From a virus: a stretch of 64,000 nt of DNA. The DNA is taken from the IMG/VR virus record IMGVR_UViG_3300020595_003017, positions 64,001 to 128,000 of that record. One strand, written 5' to 3'. The notes under the pieces were generated by a model, which saw only the letters and a program-made list of their open reading frames with translations, was not told the DNA's origin and did not search any database. The position numbers and the translations under genes were made by a program. Below are positions 47,556 to 56,294 of the stretch, in pieces (position 1 is the first letter of the stretch; each line of letters begins with the position of its first letter).

Positions 47556-48446
47556 ATGATTAAAAAAACACCTTTTTACGTTAAGTTTCTTATATTTTCG
47601 TTATTTTGCCTATCAAGTTGTGTCAGTGGTTGCACCACGATAAAAATTTCAAACGCAAGTCAGAAAGAAATTTTACCAAGAAATTCTTTTGTACAAATTC
47701 AACAATCTGTTGAGTTAGAGGGTTGTGGAATCGACCAAGAAACAAAAGAGAAAAAATGTCAAAAAGCAATGATGAGATATGTTTCGTCGGGTGCTTATGT
47801 TTTTCACAGCGAAGTAACTCAAGACATTTCTTATGTTTTAACTGCTGGTCACTCTTGTGAAAATAAACTACCCAAAGTCCAGAACATCAGAGGTTTTGAA
47901 ATACGGAATAAAGGGGCATCGTTTAAGGTTGTAGATCTTAACGGGTTTCAACATGATGCTAGGGTTGTAAATATTAATAATCGTTTTGATTTATGTCTAT
48001 TGCAGGTGTCAGATGTTTTAATGAACCCACCTGTTTTATCCCTAGCTGAAAATGAACCAAAAAGAGGAGAAACCGTAACTAATATGGCAGCACCTCATGG
48101 ACTTTTTTGGCCAGGAACAGTTTTAATATTCAAGGGTCAATTTTCTGGATATCATAATAAGGGATACTCTATCTATACAATCCCTACCAAGCCAGGCTCA
48201 AGTGGGTCGCCAGTACTTAATAAGAATAATGAATTAGTTGGCGTTATTTTTGCAGGCTACCCAATGATTGAAAACGTAGGGCTGTCTGCTCCTCTCGTAG
48301 CTATCAAGGTTTTTCTGAAAAAATCAATCGTAATAGGGGAAATGAGACTTTTCGAAAAAGATAACAAACCTAAAGTGAATACACAGATCGATAGGCTTTG
48401 GATTCAAAAAATGAAAACAAAACTTAATGAGGTTTTTGGTAACTAG
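47556..48446 (+). CDS. Trypsin-like serine protease, lipoprotein
   Basis: LTAGHS (His), RFDLCLL (Asp), PGSSGSP (Ser); LSSC/VSGC lipobox. Confidence 0.88.
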   Translation: MIKKTPFYVKFLIFSLFCLSSCVSGCTTIKISNASQKEILPRNSFVQIQQSVELEGCGIDQETKEKKCQKAMMRYVSSGAYVFHSEVTQDISYVLTAGHSCENKLPKVQNIRGFEIRNKGASFKVVDLNGFQHDARVVNINNRFDLCLLQVSDVLMNPPVLSLAENEPKRGETVTNMAAPHGLFWPGTVLIFKGQFSGYHNKGYSIYTIPTKPGSSGSPVLNKNNELVGVIFAGYPMIENVGLSAPLVAIKVFLKKSIVIGEMRLFEKDNKPKVNTQIDRLWIQKMKTKLNEVFGN

Positions 48447-48472
48447 ATATTTACCAGTGAGGAAATTATCTA

Positions 48473-48961
48473 ATGGCTGGAAAAAATAGACCGTCTAAAC
48501 CTGGAAGTTCTAACGCTGTAACAGTTGGACCTTTATCGCAAGGCAGTGCAAGATTTCCTTTATCAGAATTACCAACTGGTAAGGGATTAGCTCTAACAAC
48601 TTCAGATCAAAACGTTCATAAATTATCACCAGGTGTTCTAGAGGAAGTATACCTTTGGTGTGCAAATTACTCAGCCAGTGAGGTTATTCTAAGCCTTCAT
48701 TTTAATCAAGCTGGTTCAATTTCTGCCGGACCTTCACCTCAGGTAAAAATACCACCCAGGGAAGGCTTGGTTTTAGTGTGGCCAGGGATACCTCATACTT
48801 CTACTCTAGGTGAGGAAGATACCACAGTTCAAAATTTTGTAAGAGCTAAGGCTGCGTCCAATAGTGCCTTAATACTTTATGGATTTGTTGTTCGACATTA
48901 CCCAAGAGATAGGGACAATCTCGGCGCAGCCGGATATAGCTACGGTCCTGTGACAGAATAA
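48473..48961 (+). CDS. Hypothetical beta-rich protein, possibly structural
   Basis: 162 aa ORF with a GAGG SD, co-linear with the fibre gene. Confidence 0.6.
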   Translation: MAGKNRPSKPGSSNAVTVGPLSQGSARFPLSELPTGKGLALTTSDQNVHKLSPGVLEEVYLWCANYSASEVILSLHFNQAGSISAGPSPQVKIPPREGLVLVWPGIPHTSTLGEEDTTVQNFVRAKAASNSALILYGFVVRHYPRDRDNLGAAGYSYGPVTE

Positions 48962-48962
48962 A

Positions 48963-49778
48963 ATGCCAATAATAGCTAGAAGAACACTTGGTCAAATAAA
49001 AACTCAAATGGGTGGAGATACAGATCCACCAAAAGCACCGTCTTTTATTAGTGTAACTCAAACTAATAATGTTACTGATCTGGGTAATGATGAAGACGAT
49101 ACCAGCAATTATTTTCTCTTCAAAACAACCATTGCTACTGGCGCAACAAGTACAACATTTAGTACAGATTCTGAATCTGACGATATCACTTTTACTCCCA
49201 CCAATGGTCGTTTTACCACGACTACTGCGGGTGATTATCGTATAGGCGTTACGCTCTCTCTCCTGGTGAGCGCAACTTCCACATTCACTGTCAAGGTATT
49301 TGTTGACAGTAGTGCTGTATATTCACAAACAGTCACAATTAACTCCGCAGCAGATCCACTACCCGTTACTATAAATTTAATTGAATCCTTGACTGCTGAT
49401 CAATATGTAAGGGTTCAAATTACTCGTAGCTCTGACGAAAATGTATATCCTCGCCTGGGTTCCAGCTTTACCTTGAACAGGCTTGGTCCCTCTAGTGGCG
49501 GTGGTAGCAGCGGTGGCGAAGTTACAATCAGGAATAATGTTGATGGCTATATTCTTAAGGCCACTGGTGAAAATAATGTTATTGAGGGTATGCCTCAATT
49601 TATCTCTTCCTCAACAGGTATAACTTCCAGCGTAGATTTTTATATTTCAGGTTCTAACCCCCCTTCCGCTGGTCCGAACCTATTTATACAGGGAAGCGAC
49701 GCAGATGGAAACGTTTCAAAAATGAAAATAATTGTTGAAAACGGATTCTTGAAGGTAATAGATGATAATCTTGAATAA
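48963..49778 (+). CDS. Fibre-like protein with a C1q-like segment
   Basis: TNGRFTTTTAGDYRI (C1q-like); C-terminus resembles that of 43246..44622. Confidence 0.55.
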   Translation: MPIIARRTLGQIKTQMGGDTDPPKAPSFISVTQTNNVTDLGNDEDDTSNYFLFKTTIATGATSTTFSTDSESDDITFTPTNGRFTTTTAGDYRIGVTLSLLVSATSTFTVKVFVDSSAVYSQTVTINSAADPLPVTINLIESLTADQYVRVQITRSSDENVYPRLGSSFTLNRLGPSSGGGSSGGEVTIRNNVDGYILKATGENNVIEGMPQFISSSTGITSSVDFYISGSNPPSAGPNLFIQGSDADGNVSKMKIIVENGFLKVIDDNLE

Positions 49779-49794
49779 TGTGAGGGTTAAGTAA

Positions 49795-50034
49795 ATGTTA
49801 AGAAAAATAACAAAACAGTTCCTATTGAACGAAGCTATAAAAATAGATCCTGCTGCTTCAGTGCAGGCACTGTATGATATCATAAGCAATGTCAGAGTAA
49901 CAAATAAACGAGATACTGGCAGAATTTCCTTGGCAAAAGAGCATCTTCGTGGTATAAAGAGACAGTTAAGATCTCTTAACGAACGTATTGAATCTTTAGA
50001 AGAAGAGTTAAACTTACTCAAAGAGGAAAAATAA
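49795..50034 (+). CDS. Small coiled-coil protein
   Basis: 79 aa ORF; KITKQFLLNEA start. Confidence 0.65.
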   Translation: MLRKITKQFLLNEAIKIDPAASVQALYDIISNVRVTNKRDTGRISLAKEHLRGIKRQLRSLNERIESLEEELNLLKEEK

Positions 50035-52059
50035 ATGGGTGGTGTTGCAGGTCATATGGACCATCTTTACGATAATCGTAATTTAACTTTTGAAAAAATG
50101 AAAGAGATAATGTTAGCTGGTGCTGATGCAGAGTTATCTACCGAAGAAAAAGTTGATGGTCAAAATCTTTTCCTGTCTTATTCTATTCCCGAAGGTAAAG
50201 CTAAAGGCGCAAGAAACAAAGGGCATTATAGGACAGGTGGTCTTGATGCTAGCGGATTGGCACAAAAATTTGCTGGTAGAGGTGGACTAGAAAAAGCTTT
50301 CACTGGTGGATTTGATGCTTTTGAAAGAGCGGCAGAGTCTTTATCAGATGAAGAGAAAGAGAAAATATTCGGACCTGATGCTAATATTTGGTACAATGCA
50401 GAAATCATGGACCCCGGAACTGATGATCCTAATGACCCCGGTTCAGTAAATGTTATAAAGTATGACAACAAAACATTAAAAATACACAATGTAGGACATT
50501 TTGTATATAACCCAGAATCTGGGGAAACAGAAAAAATACCATCTGGTGCTCTAGAGACACTAGACAATGCTCTTGAAAGAATGCAGAAATCTTTGCGTGG
50601 CCACAATTTTTCATTGGCTAGAGAAGCTTTAATCCAACTTAAGAAACTTGAAGATCAAAAGCCAGTGCAAGAGGCATTTGCAAGGATCAATACAGCACTT
50701 AGTGCCGAGGATCTATCCGACTCGGATACCGTTGGAGACTATATTTTCTCTAGGTTAAAAAATGGTGTTGATACTGACCTAAATGAGAAACTTAAAGAAG
50801 AGCTTGTCAAATACCTGATGGGCTTGCCGGATAATATAGGTAAGCGTGCATTAAAGAAAGGTCTTAGCAAAGAGGATCAACAAGATATTGATAATATCGT
50901 GAGATCTAAGAGCATGATTCTCCGAGAGGCTATATTGCCTATTGAGATAGCAGTTCATGATTATACAGTAGAAATTCTAAAAGGACTTAAGAGTGTTTTT
51001 ATTGCCGACACAGACAGAGAAATTACTCGACTAAGAAATGAATTAGCCAAAGCTGTTAAGGAAATAACAGAAAGAGGCCCAGAGGATCCAGCTACTATGG
51101 AGGTGATGCAATTTCACTTAAATAAAATAAAAGATTTCTCTCAAATAACCACACCTGTTGAAGCTGTTGTTTTTGACTATGACGGACACACTTATAAATT
51201 TGCTGGTAATTTTGCTCCCCTTAATCAAATTCTAGGAATGTTTAGATACCCTAAGGGTGCTAAAAAAGTAACTACTGAAAATATATCCTTTAACACTGAA
51301 GTTATTACAGAAGATGAAGGTAAAAAAGTTGCACTGTTGCCTGGTGGCTTTAAACCGCCCCATGCTGGTCATTATAGGCTAGCCAAAGAATTATCCTCCC
51401 TTCCCGATATTGATGAAGTTCTTGTCATCATTGGTAAAAATCCTCGTTTTTCTGAGATAGAACCAAAGATCACAGTTACAGCAGAACAATCTAAAAATCT
51501 CTGGGATCTTTATACCAAAGATGATGAAAACATTAAAGTAAGAATTCAACAAGGAAGCACTCCTGTGGCTGATGTCTATGATTTAATAGCAGATAAAAAT
51601 TCATTCTCTAGCGGAGACACAGTTGTTCTAGGAAAAAGCGATAAAGATGAAGGCGACAAGAGATATTCTCGTGCTCAGTCTTGGGCTGAAAGACATAATC
51701 CTGGTGTCTCCGTAGAGGAAATGGTGATGCCAGTCTACGGAGGAGAAGGAATGGGCGGCACTTCCTTAAGAAATATGATAGCATCGGGAGATAAAAGAAA
51801 GTTGTTGTCCAAACTCCCTGAACATCTAAATGATGCTGAGAAAGATCAAGTTTACGACCTGTTGTTTTATACTAACGAAAAATTAGATTCTTTAATTGAT
51901 ACTACAATTGATGAAATGTCAACCATGGCTGCCGGGGCTGTTGAAATCGGTGTTGGACCTTTTGGTGCCGGTGGTAAGACAAATTCTTACAATCCGTATT
52001 CTAAGAAAAAGAACAAAAAACCAAAAGTCAAAAGAGCAAAACGTCAAAGGCGGAGATAA
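50035..52059 (+). CDS. Fusion of a ligase-fold (KxDG) nucleotidyltransferase-like domain and a HIGH-class cytidylyltransferase-like domain
   Basis: EEKVDGQNLF, WYNAEI, VEAVVF and YKFAG in the N-terminal part; LPGGFKPPHAGH and GGTSLR in the C-terminal part. Confidence 0.7.
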   Translation: MGGVAGHMDHLYDNRNLTFEKMKEIMLAGADAELSTEEKVDGQNLFLSYSIPEGKAKGARNKGHYRTGGLDASGLAQKFAGRGGLEKAFTGGFDAFERAAESLSDEEKEKIFGPDANIWYNAEIMDPGTDDPNDPGSVNVIKYDNKTLKIHNVGHFVYNPESGETEKIPSGALETLDNALERMQKSLRGHNFSLAREALIQLKKLEDQKPVQEAFARINTALSAEDLSDSDTVGDYIFSRLKNGVDTDLNEKLKEELVKYLMGLPDNIGKRALKKGLSKEDQQDIDNIVRSKSMILREAILPIEIAVHDYTVEILKGLKSVFIADTDREITRLRNELAKAVKEITERGPEDPATMEVMQFHLNKIKDFSQITTPVEAVVFDYDGHTYKFAGNFAPLNQILGMFRYPKGAKKVTTENISFNTEVITEDEGKKVALLPGGFKPPHAGHYRLAKELSSLPDIDEVLVIIGKNPRFSEIEPKITVTAEQSKNLWDLYTKDDENIKVRIQQGSTPVADVYDLIADKNSFSSGDTVVLGKSDKDEGDKRYSRAQSWAERHNPGVSVEEMVMPVYGGEGMGGTSLRNMIASGDKRKLLSKLPEHLNDAEKDQVYDLLFYTNEKLDSLIDTTIDEMSTMAAGAVEIGVGPFGAGGKTNSYNPYSKKKNKKPKVKRAKRQRRR

Positions 52060-52069
52060 TTATAATACT

Positions 52070-52873
52070 ATGACTACTATTAATCGCAATGAGCTTATTG
52101 CAGAACAACTTATAAGAGAACATATTCACAAAAGAATAAAAAACAAACTCAATGAGCAGCAGGTTTTTGAAAATAAGCTTCGAGGATTTGTTCGAAAACT
52201 AATAGAAGCTGAAACAGGTACCGAGGAAGCCAGCAGTAATACTGGCATTAACGTTCTTGCCGACTTGTTAGAAAAAATTATCCCAACAATTGAGGGCGAC
52301 TATAAAATGTTGACAACCTCTGAAGAACAGAGGGAATCTTTTCGTAACCATATGGTTCATGCCATTAAGAATAGTCTAAGGCCAATTGAGGCTGCAACAG
52401 ATGCTGAAAAAGCTGCTGACCTACCAGAAAACTTTGTAGTTAATGCAAGTAATTTAGCAGAAGAGCTTAAAATTGATCTTGATCCAGATAACAGTGATGA
52501 AAGTGTGTCTGGAGAATTTATTGACATCGATTCAGGAGAATCTAAAGATTCCGATGACTTTGTAGAGTTACAAGATCAAAACGAAACCGGTCGTAACTTT
52601 GCTGCTACAACTTTTACGAAAGTTGAAAAACAGATTGTTGACGCATATGACATGTTGGCAGATGAAGAAGATCAGCAAATATTTTATGACTATCTTCTTA
52701 CCAACATTTTATTATATTTCGATAAGTTCGAAGATGAGCTTCAGGCAGAACTTCCAGATATAACAACACCAGAATATGAAAAAGAAAAAGATGAAGAAGA
52801 AGTAGATAATTCAAAAACTTCAGATGATGCAGAAGAACAACCATCAGATGATTTGGATGATTTGTTGTCTTAA
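52070..52873 (+). CDS. Highly acidic protein, possibly scaffold or core-like
   Basis: ATG at 52070; D/E-rich with many L/I-x-E sites. Confidence 0.6.
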   Translation: MTTINRNELIAEQLIREHIHKRIKNKLNEQQVFENKLRGFVRKLIEAETGTEEASSNTGINVLADLLEKIIPTIEGDYKMLTTSEEQRESFRNHMVHAIKNSLRPIEAATDAEKAADLPENFVVNASNLAEELKIDLDPDNSDESVSGEFIDIDSGESKDSDDFVELQDQNETGRNFAATTFTKVEKQIVDAYDMLADEEDQQIFYDYLLTNILLYFDKFEDELQAELPDITTPEYEKEKDEEEVDNSKTSDDAEEQPSDDLDDLLS

Positions 52874-52993
52874 AGCTTAACACTTTTTTCTCAGCCGGTA
52901 TAATAGCTTGCAAGCTTTAAACAGCCTTTAAACAGCTATTGTTAGCTTTTCTTTATTTTTACTGCTTTATTCCAACTTATTACAGCTTAAGCT
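52874..52993. repeat. AGCT-rich non-coding tract with an 11-bp tandem repeat
   Basis: AGCT at 52874, 52905, 52913, 52934, 52944, 52984 and 52990; ctttaaacagc twice (52915-52936). Confidence 0.7.
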
Positions 52994-53022
52994 TTGCTAG
53001 CATATAGAAAAGAATAATTAAC

Positions 53023-53051
53023 TTGACAAGTTGTTTGTTGTGGTGTATAAC
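53023..53051 (+). promoter_or_regulatory. Sigma70-like promoter of ssrA
   Basis: TTGACA-N17-TATAAC, 11 nt upstream of the tmRNA 5' end. Confidence 0.8.
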
Positions 53052-53062
53052 TATTATATTAT

Positions 53063-53385
53063 GGGGGTAAACGGTATCGACTGATGGGAAAGTAGAAAAG
53101 GTGCAAGGGTGAGGGAAGCGTGGCTCACTAAAAACGCTTATCTTTTAATCGCAAACGACGATTTTCAACTAGCACAAGCAGCTTAATAACCTGACTTGAC
53201 TTGAGGCGCTGGCAGCCAAGAAACAGAAAGCCATACTGTGTCCTTTTAGTGATTTTGATTGTTTTGTCCGTAATAAAACAATCTAGTCAAGTGGTCTGTC
53301 CGACGAAAAAAACAGTTCTAACCTTGTGAATGACCTCTCTACGGAACTAGACAAGACGGGAGTTCGATTCTCCCTACCTCCACCA
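53063..53385 (+). ncRNA. ssrA: tmRNA, one-piece; tag (A)ANDDFQLAQAA
   Basis: 5' GGGGGTA...TCGAC and 3' GGGAGTTCGATTCTCCC-TACCTCC-ACCA with a G3:U70 pair. The tag ORF is 53151-53186. Confidence 0.95.
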
Positions 53386-53410
53386 GCCGCCTTCGGGCGG
53401 CTTTTTGTTT
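53385..53410 (+). terminator. Rho-independent terminator
   Basis: gccgcc-TTCG-ggcggc followed by tttttgttt. Confidence 0.92.
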
Positions 53411-53461
53411 GTTTGGTTTGTTTGTAGACTACTTAATTTGAACCTAACAGAAGGGTAAATT

Positions 53462-54769
53462 TTGAAAAAAACTTTAATTTTAGACACCAATGTCTTTTTA
53501 ACAGAGGCAAACTCACTTTATAGTTTCGGGAAAGATGATATTGCTATTCCAACCGTAATTCTAGACGAAATTGACCGGCACAAACACAGACAAGACACGG
53601 CCGGTCTTAATGCACGAGCTATGAATAGAATTTTAGATAAGCTAAGGTCAAAGGGTAGTTTATTTATGGGAGTTCCACTAGGTCGTGGCAAAGGTCAAGT
53701 TTTTGCTGCACAATACGATCCAAGGTATATGCCCTCAGGTATGGAGGCGAATGATTCAGATAATAAAATTATAGCAATTGCAGTAAGGCTAAAGATAGAG
53801 GGCAGAGACATAGCAGTTATTTCTCGTGATCTTAACATGAGAGTAAAGTGTGATTCATTTGGTATTGAATGTCACGACTACCAGCCCCAACAAGCCGTTA
53901 AATCAGTTGATAAATTATTTGACGGGTCAGAAATTATAGAAGTAGAAGATAAACTAATCGATGAGTTTTATGCTGACAAAGAAGTTTTTGTCCCAGAAAC
54001 TAAGAAGGTTCTTTATCCTAATCAATTTATAATATTAACCTCCGATAAGAGTGATAAGAAAACAGCTTTATGTAGGTACGTCAATAATGATTCACCATTA
54101 CGTCGTGTCTATTCTTATCAAGATATATGGGGGTTGTCTGCTAATAATAAAGAGCAAAAGTTTGCAATGGATCTATTATTTGACAACAATGTACAAATAG
54201 TTTCACTCACAGGACAAGCCGGCACCGGAAAGACTTTGATCGCCGCAGCTTGTGGGTTGGAACAAGTTTTACACAGCACCAAGGCTAGCGGAGGGTATGA
54301 CAAATTAATTATCACCAGGCCTGTACAACCCATGGGTAGAGATATCGGCTTTTTACCGGGCACGTTAGAGGAAAAGATGATGCCATGGATTGCACCCTTG
54401 AGGGATAACTTAGAATATCTATTTGGGGATAAAACAGCACTTGACATGCAAATGGAACAAGGTATAATAGAGATAGAGGCCATGACATATATCCGTGGAC
54501 GCTCTATATCTAATGCTTTTATGATTGTAGACGAGGCTCAGAACTTAACAGCACACGAATTAAAGACTATAATAACAAGAGTAGGGCATGGGACTAAACT
54601 AGTGTTAACCGGAGACATTCAACAAATTGACAACTCTTATGTTGATGCTGTTTCTAATGGTTTAACTCATGCTGTTGAGAAATTTAAGAACTACAATATA
54701 GCAGGACACATTTCACTAAAGAAAGGGGAAAGGTCTAAGCTAGCCACATTAGCAGCCGAAATTTTATGA
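53462..54769 (+). CDS. phoH: PhoH family protein (PIN plus PhoH ATPase)
   Basis: ILDTNV, DSDNKII, SRDLNMRVK, GQAGTGKT, GFLPG, RGRS, DEAQN and GDIQQID. Confidence 0.95.
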   Translation: MKKTLILDTNVFLTEANSLYSFGKDDIAIPTVILDEIDRHKHRQDTAGLNARAMNRILDKLRSKGSLFMGVPLGRGKGQVFAAQYDPRYMPSGMEANDSDNKIIAIAVRLKIEGRDIAVISRDLNMRVKCDSFGIECHDYQPQQAVKSVDKLFDGSEIIEVEDKLIDEFYADKEVFVPETKKVLYPNQFIILTSDKSDKKTALCRYVNNDSPLRRVYSYQDIWGLSANNKEQKFAMDLLFDNNVQIVSLTGQAGTGKTLIAAACGLEQVLHSTKASGGYDKLIITRPVQPMGRDIGFLPGTLEEKMMPWIAPLRDNLEYLFGDKTALDMQMEQGIIEIEAMTYIRGRSISNAFMIVDEAQNLTAHELKTIITRVGHGTKLVLTGDIQQIDNSYVDAVSNGLTHAVEKFKNYNIAGHISLKKGERSKLATLAAEIL

Positions 54770-55434
54770 GAGAATATATTCTAGAGAAAGTTAATAGTAA
54801 TCCAAAGTTCCTTAACTTAAACGGTGTAGAGATTGAAGTAAATGACGAATTGCCAGAGGGTTTTGATATTAGGAAAATCCTCAGCACTATTGAGAAAAGA
54901 ATACCATCCCACTTTTTTACTAATTTGAATAAGATTAGAATTGAAAATGACGAAGAATTTAGAAAGCGGGGTATCAATGCTTTATACAGAGACAATGAAT
55001 TTATTATCTCCCCAAAGCAGAAAAATGCTAATGATTTAATTGATGATATCGTTCACGAATTTGCTCACCATGTAGAAACATTATTTACAGAGGATATTTA
55101 TTCAGACGAAAGAATTAAGAATGAGTTTTTGAAAAAAAGGCAAGAAATGAAATTTGAAATTCAATCGGAAGGATACTGGGTTGAAGATTATGATTTTGAT
55201 GAGCTTAAATTTGATGAAAAATTCGATACCTTCTTGTATAGTAGATTAGGACGTAATATGTTACGAATGATTACGACTGGGCTTTTTATTAGACCATATG
55301 GATCAGTTTCTTTGAGAGAATATTTTGCAACTGGTTTTGAAGCTTACTATTTAGGTAAACAAAATAGTTTAGAAAAAATAAGCCCAATGTTATTTGATAA
55401 AATTGATGAACTAAACACCAAGAACCGTTATTAA
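54766..55434 (+). CDS. HExxH zincin-like protein
   Basis: IVHEFAHH...EYFATGFE. Confidence 0.55.
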   Translation: MREYILEKVNSNPKFLNLNGVEIEVNDELPEGFDIRKILSTIEKRIPSHFFTNLNKIRIENDEEFRKRGINALYRDNEFIISPKQKNANDLIDDIVHEFAHHVETLFTEDIYSDERIKNEFLKKRQEMKFEIQSEGYWVEDYDFDELKFDEKFDTFLYSRLGRNMLRMITTGLFIRPYGSVSLREYFATGFEAYYLGKQNSLEKISPMLFDKIDELNTKNRY

Positions 55435-55448
55435 GAGAAAGTCTAAAA

Positions 55449-56288
55449 TTGGCCGGGAAACATATTTCTTATTCTGAGTGGCGAAACTGGCACATTTGCC
55501 CACATTACCACAAATTAACATATATTGATAAAGTTGCGCAGTTTGAAGGAAACATTTTTACTGCCTTCGGGAAAGCTATTCACACAGTTTGTGAATATAC
55601 TTTAACTTCTCCTGAAAAGTATCGCAAGCCAGGCGCTATTGAAACGCTAGTTAAAGAACAGTTCTTGAAAGAACTAAAGGCTCTACCTAAGGATGCGCAA
55701 AAAGACGCCCAAGCCAATTTCAAGCTCAAAGAATGGCTTGTAAATGGCTTGGATATCATTCCTGACCTTTATCGCTGTTTAGTGGATAAGTTCGGTAAGT
55801 TAGGTGAGGACTGGGAAGTTCTTAAAGCCGAAGAACAATTGTATGTACCCATTACAGAATTCACGGAAGCAGAAAAAAAGTTCAAAGGATTCATTGACCT
55901 TGTGGTTTACTCCAAAAAAGATGAGAAGATCCATCTGATTGATTGGAAAACTTGTTCATGGGGTTGGCGTCGTGAAAAGAAGAACGACAAAATCATGGCA
56001 TATCAGCTTGTTTTTTACAAACATTTTTATGCTCGCAAGTATGAAGTGGATCCCGCAGATGTGGATTGCCACTTCGTATTGTTGAAGCGCACAGCCAAGC
56101 CTGGCAAGAAGGCTGAATTTGTTAGAGTGACGGCAGCTAAAAAAAGAACAACAGATGCCCTTAACGCTTTAACAAAAGCATTGCATAATATCAATAAAGA
56201 AAATTATATCAAAAACCGTACTGCATGTACAAGTTGTAAAGACCGATTCGGCACTTGCGAGTTTTACCAGACGGAATATTGTTCATAG
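55449..56288 (+). CDS. RecB/Cas4-like PD-(D/E)xK exonuclease
   Basis: ISYSE, GKAIH, KGFIDLV, LIDWKT, QLVFY and C-terminal Cys cluster (CTSC...C...C). Confidence 0.88.
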   Translation: MAGKHISYSEWRNWHICPHYHKLTYIDKVAQFEGNIFTAFGKAIHTVCEYTLTSPEKYRKPGAIETLVKEQFLKELKALPKDAQKDAQANFKLKEWLVNGLDIIPDLYRCLVDKFGKLGEDWEVLKAEEQLYVPITEFTEAEKKFKGFIDLVVYSKKDEKIHLIDWKTCSWGWRREKKNDKIMAYQLVFYKHFYARKYEVDPADVDCHFVLLKRTAKPGKKAEFVRVTAAKKRTTDALNALTKALHNINKENYIKNRTACTSCKDRFGTCEFYQTEYCS

Positions 56289-56294
56289 GAGTTA

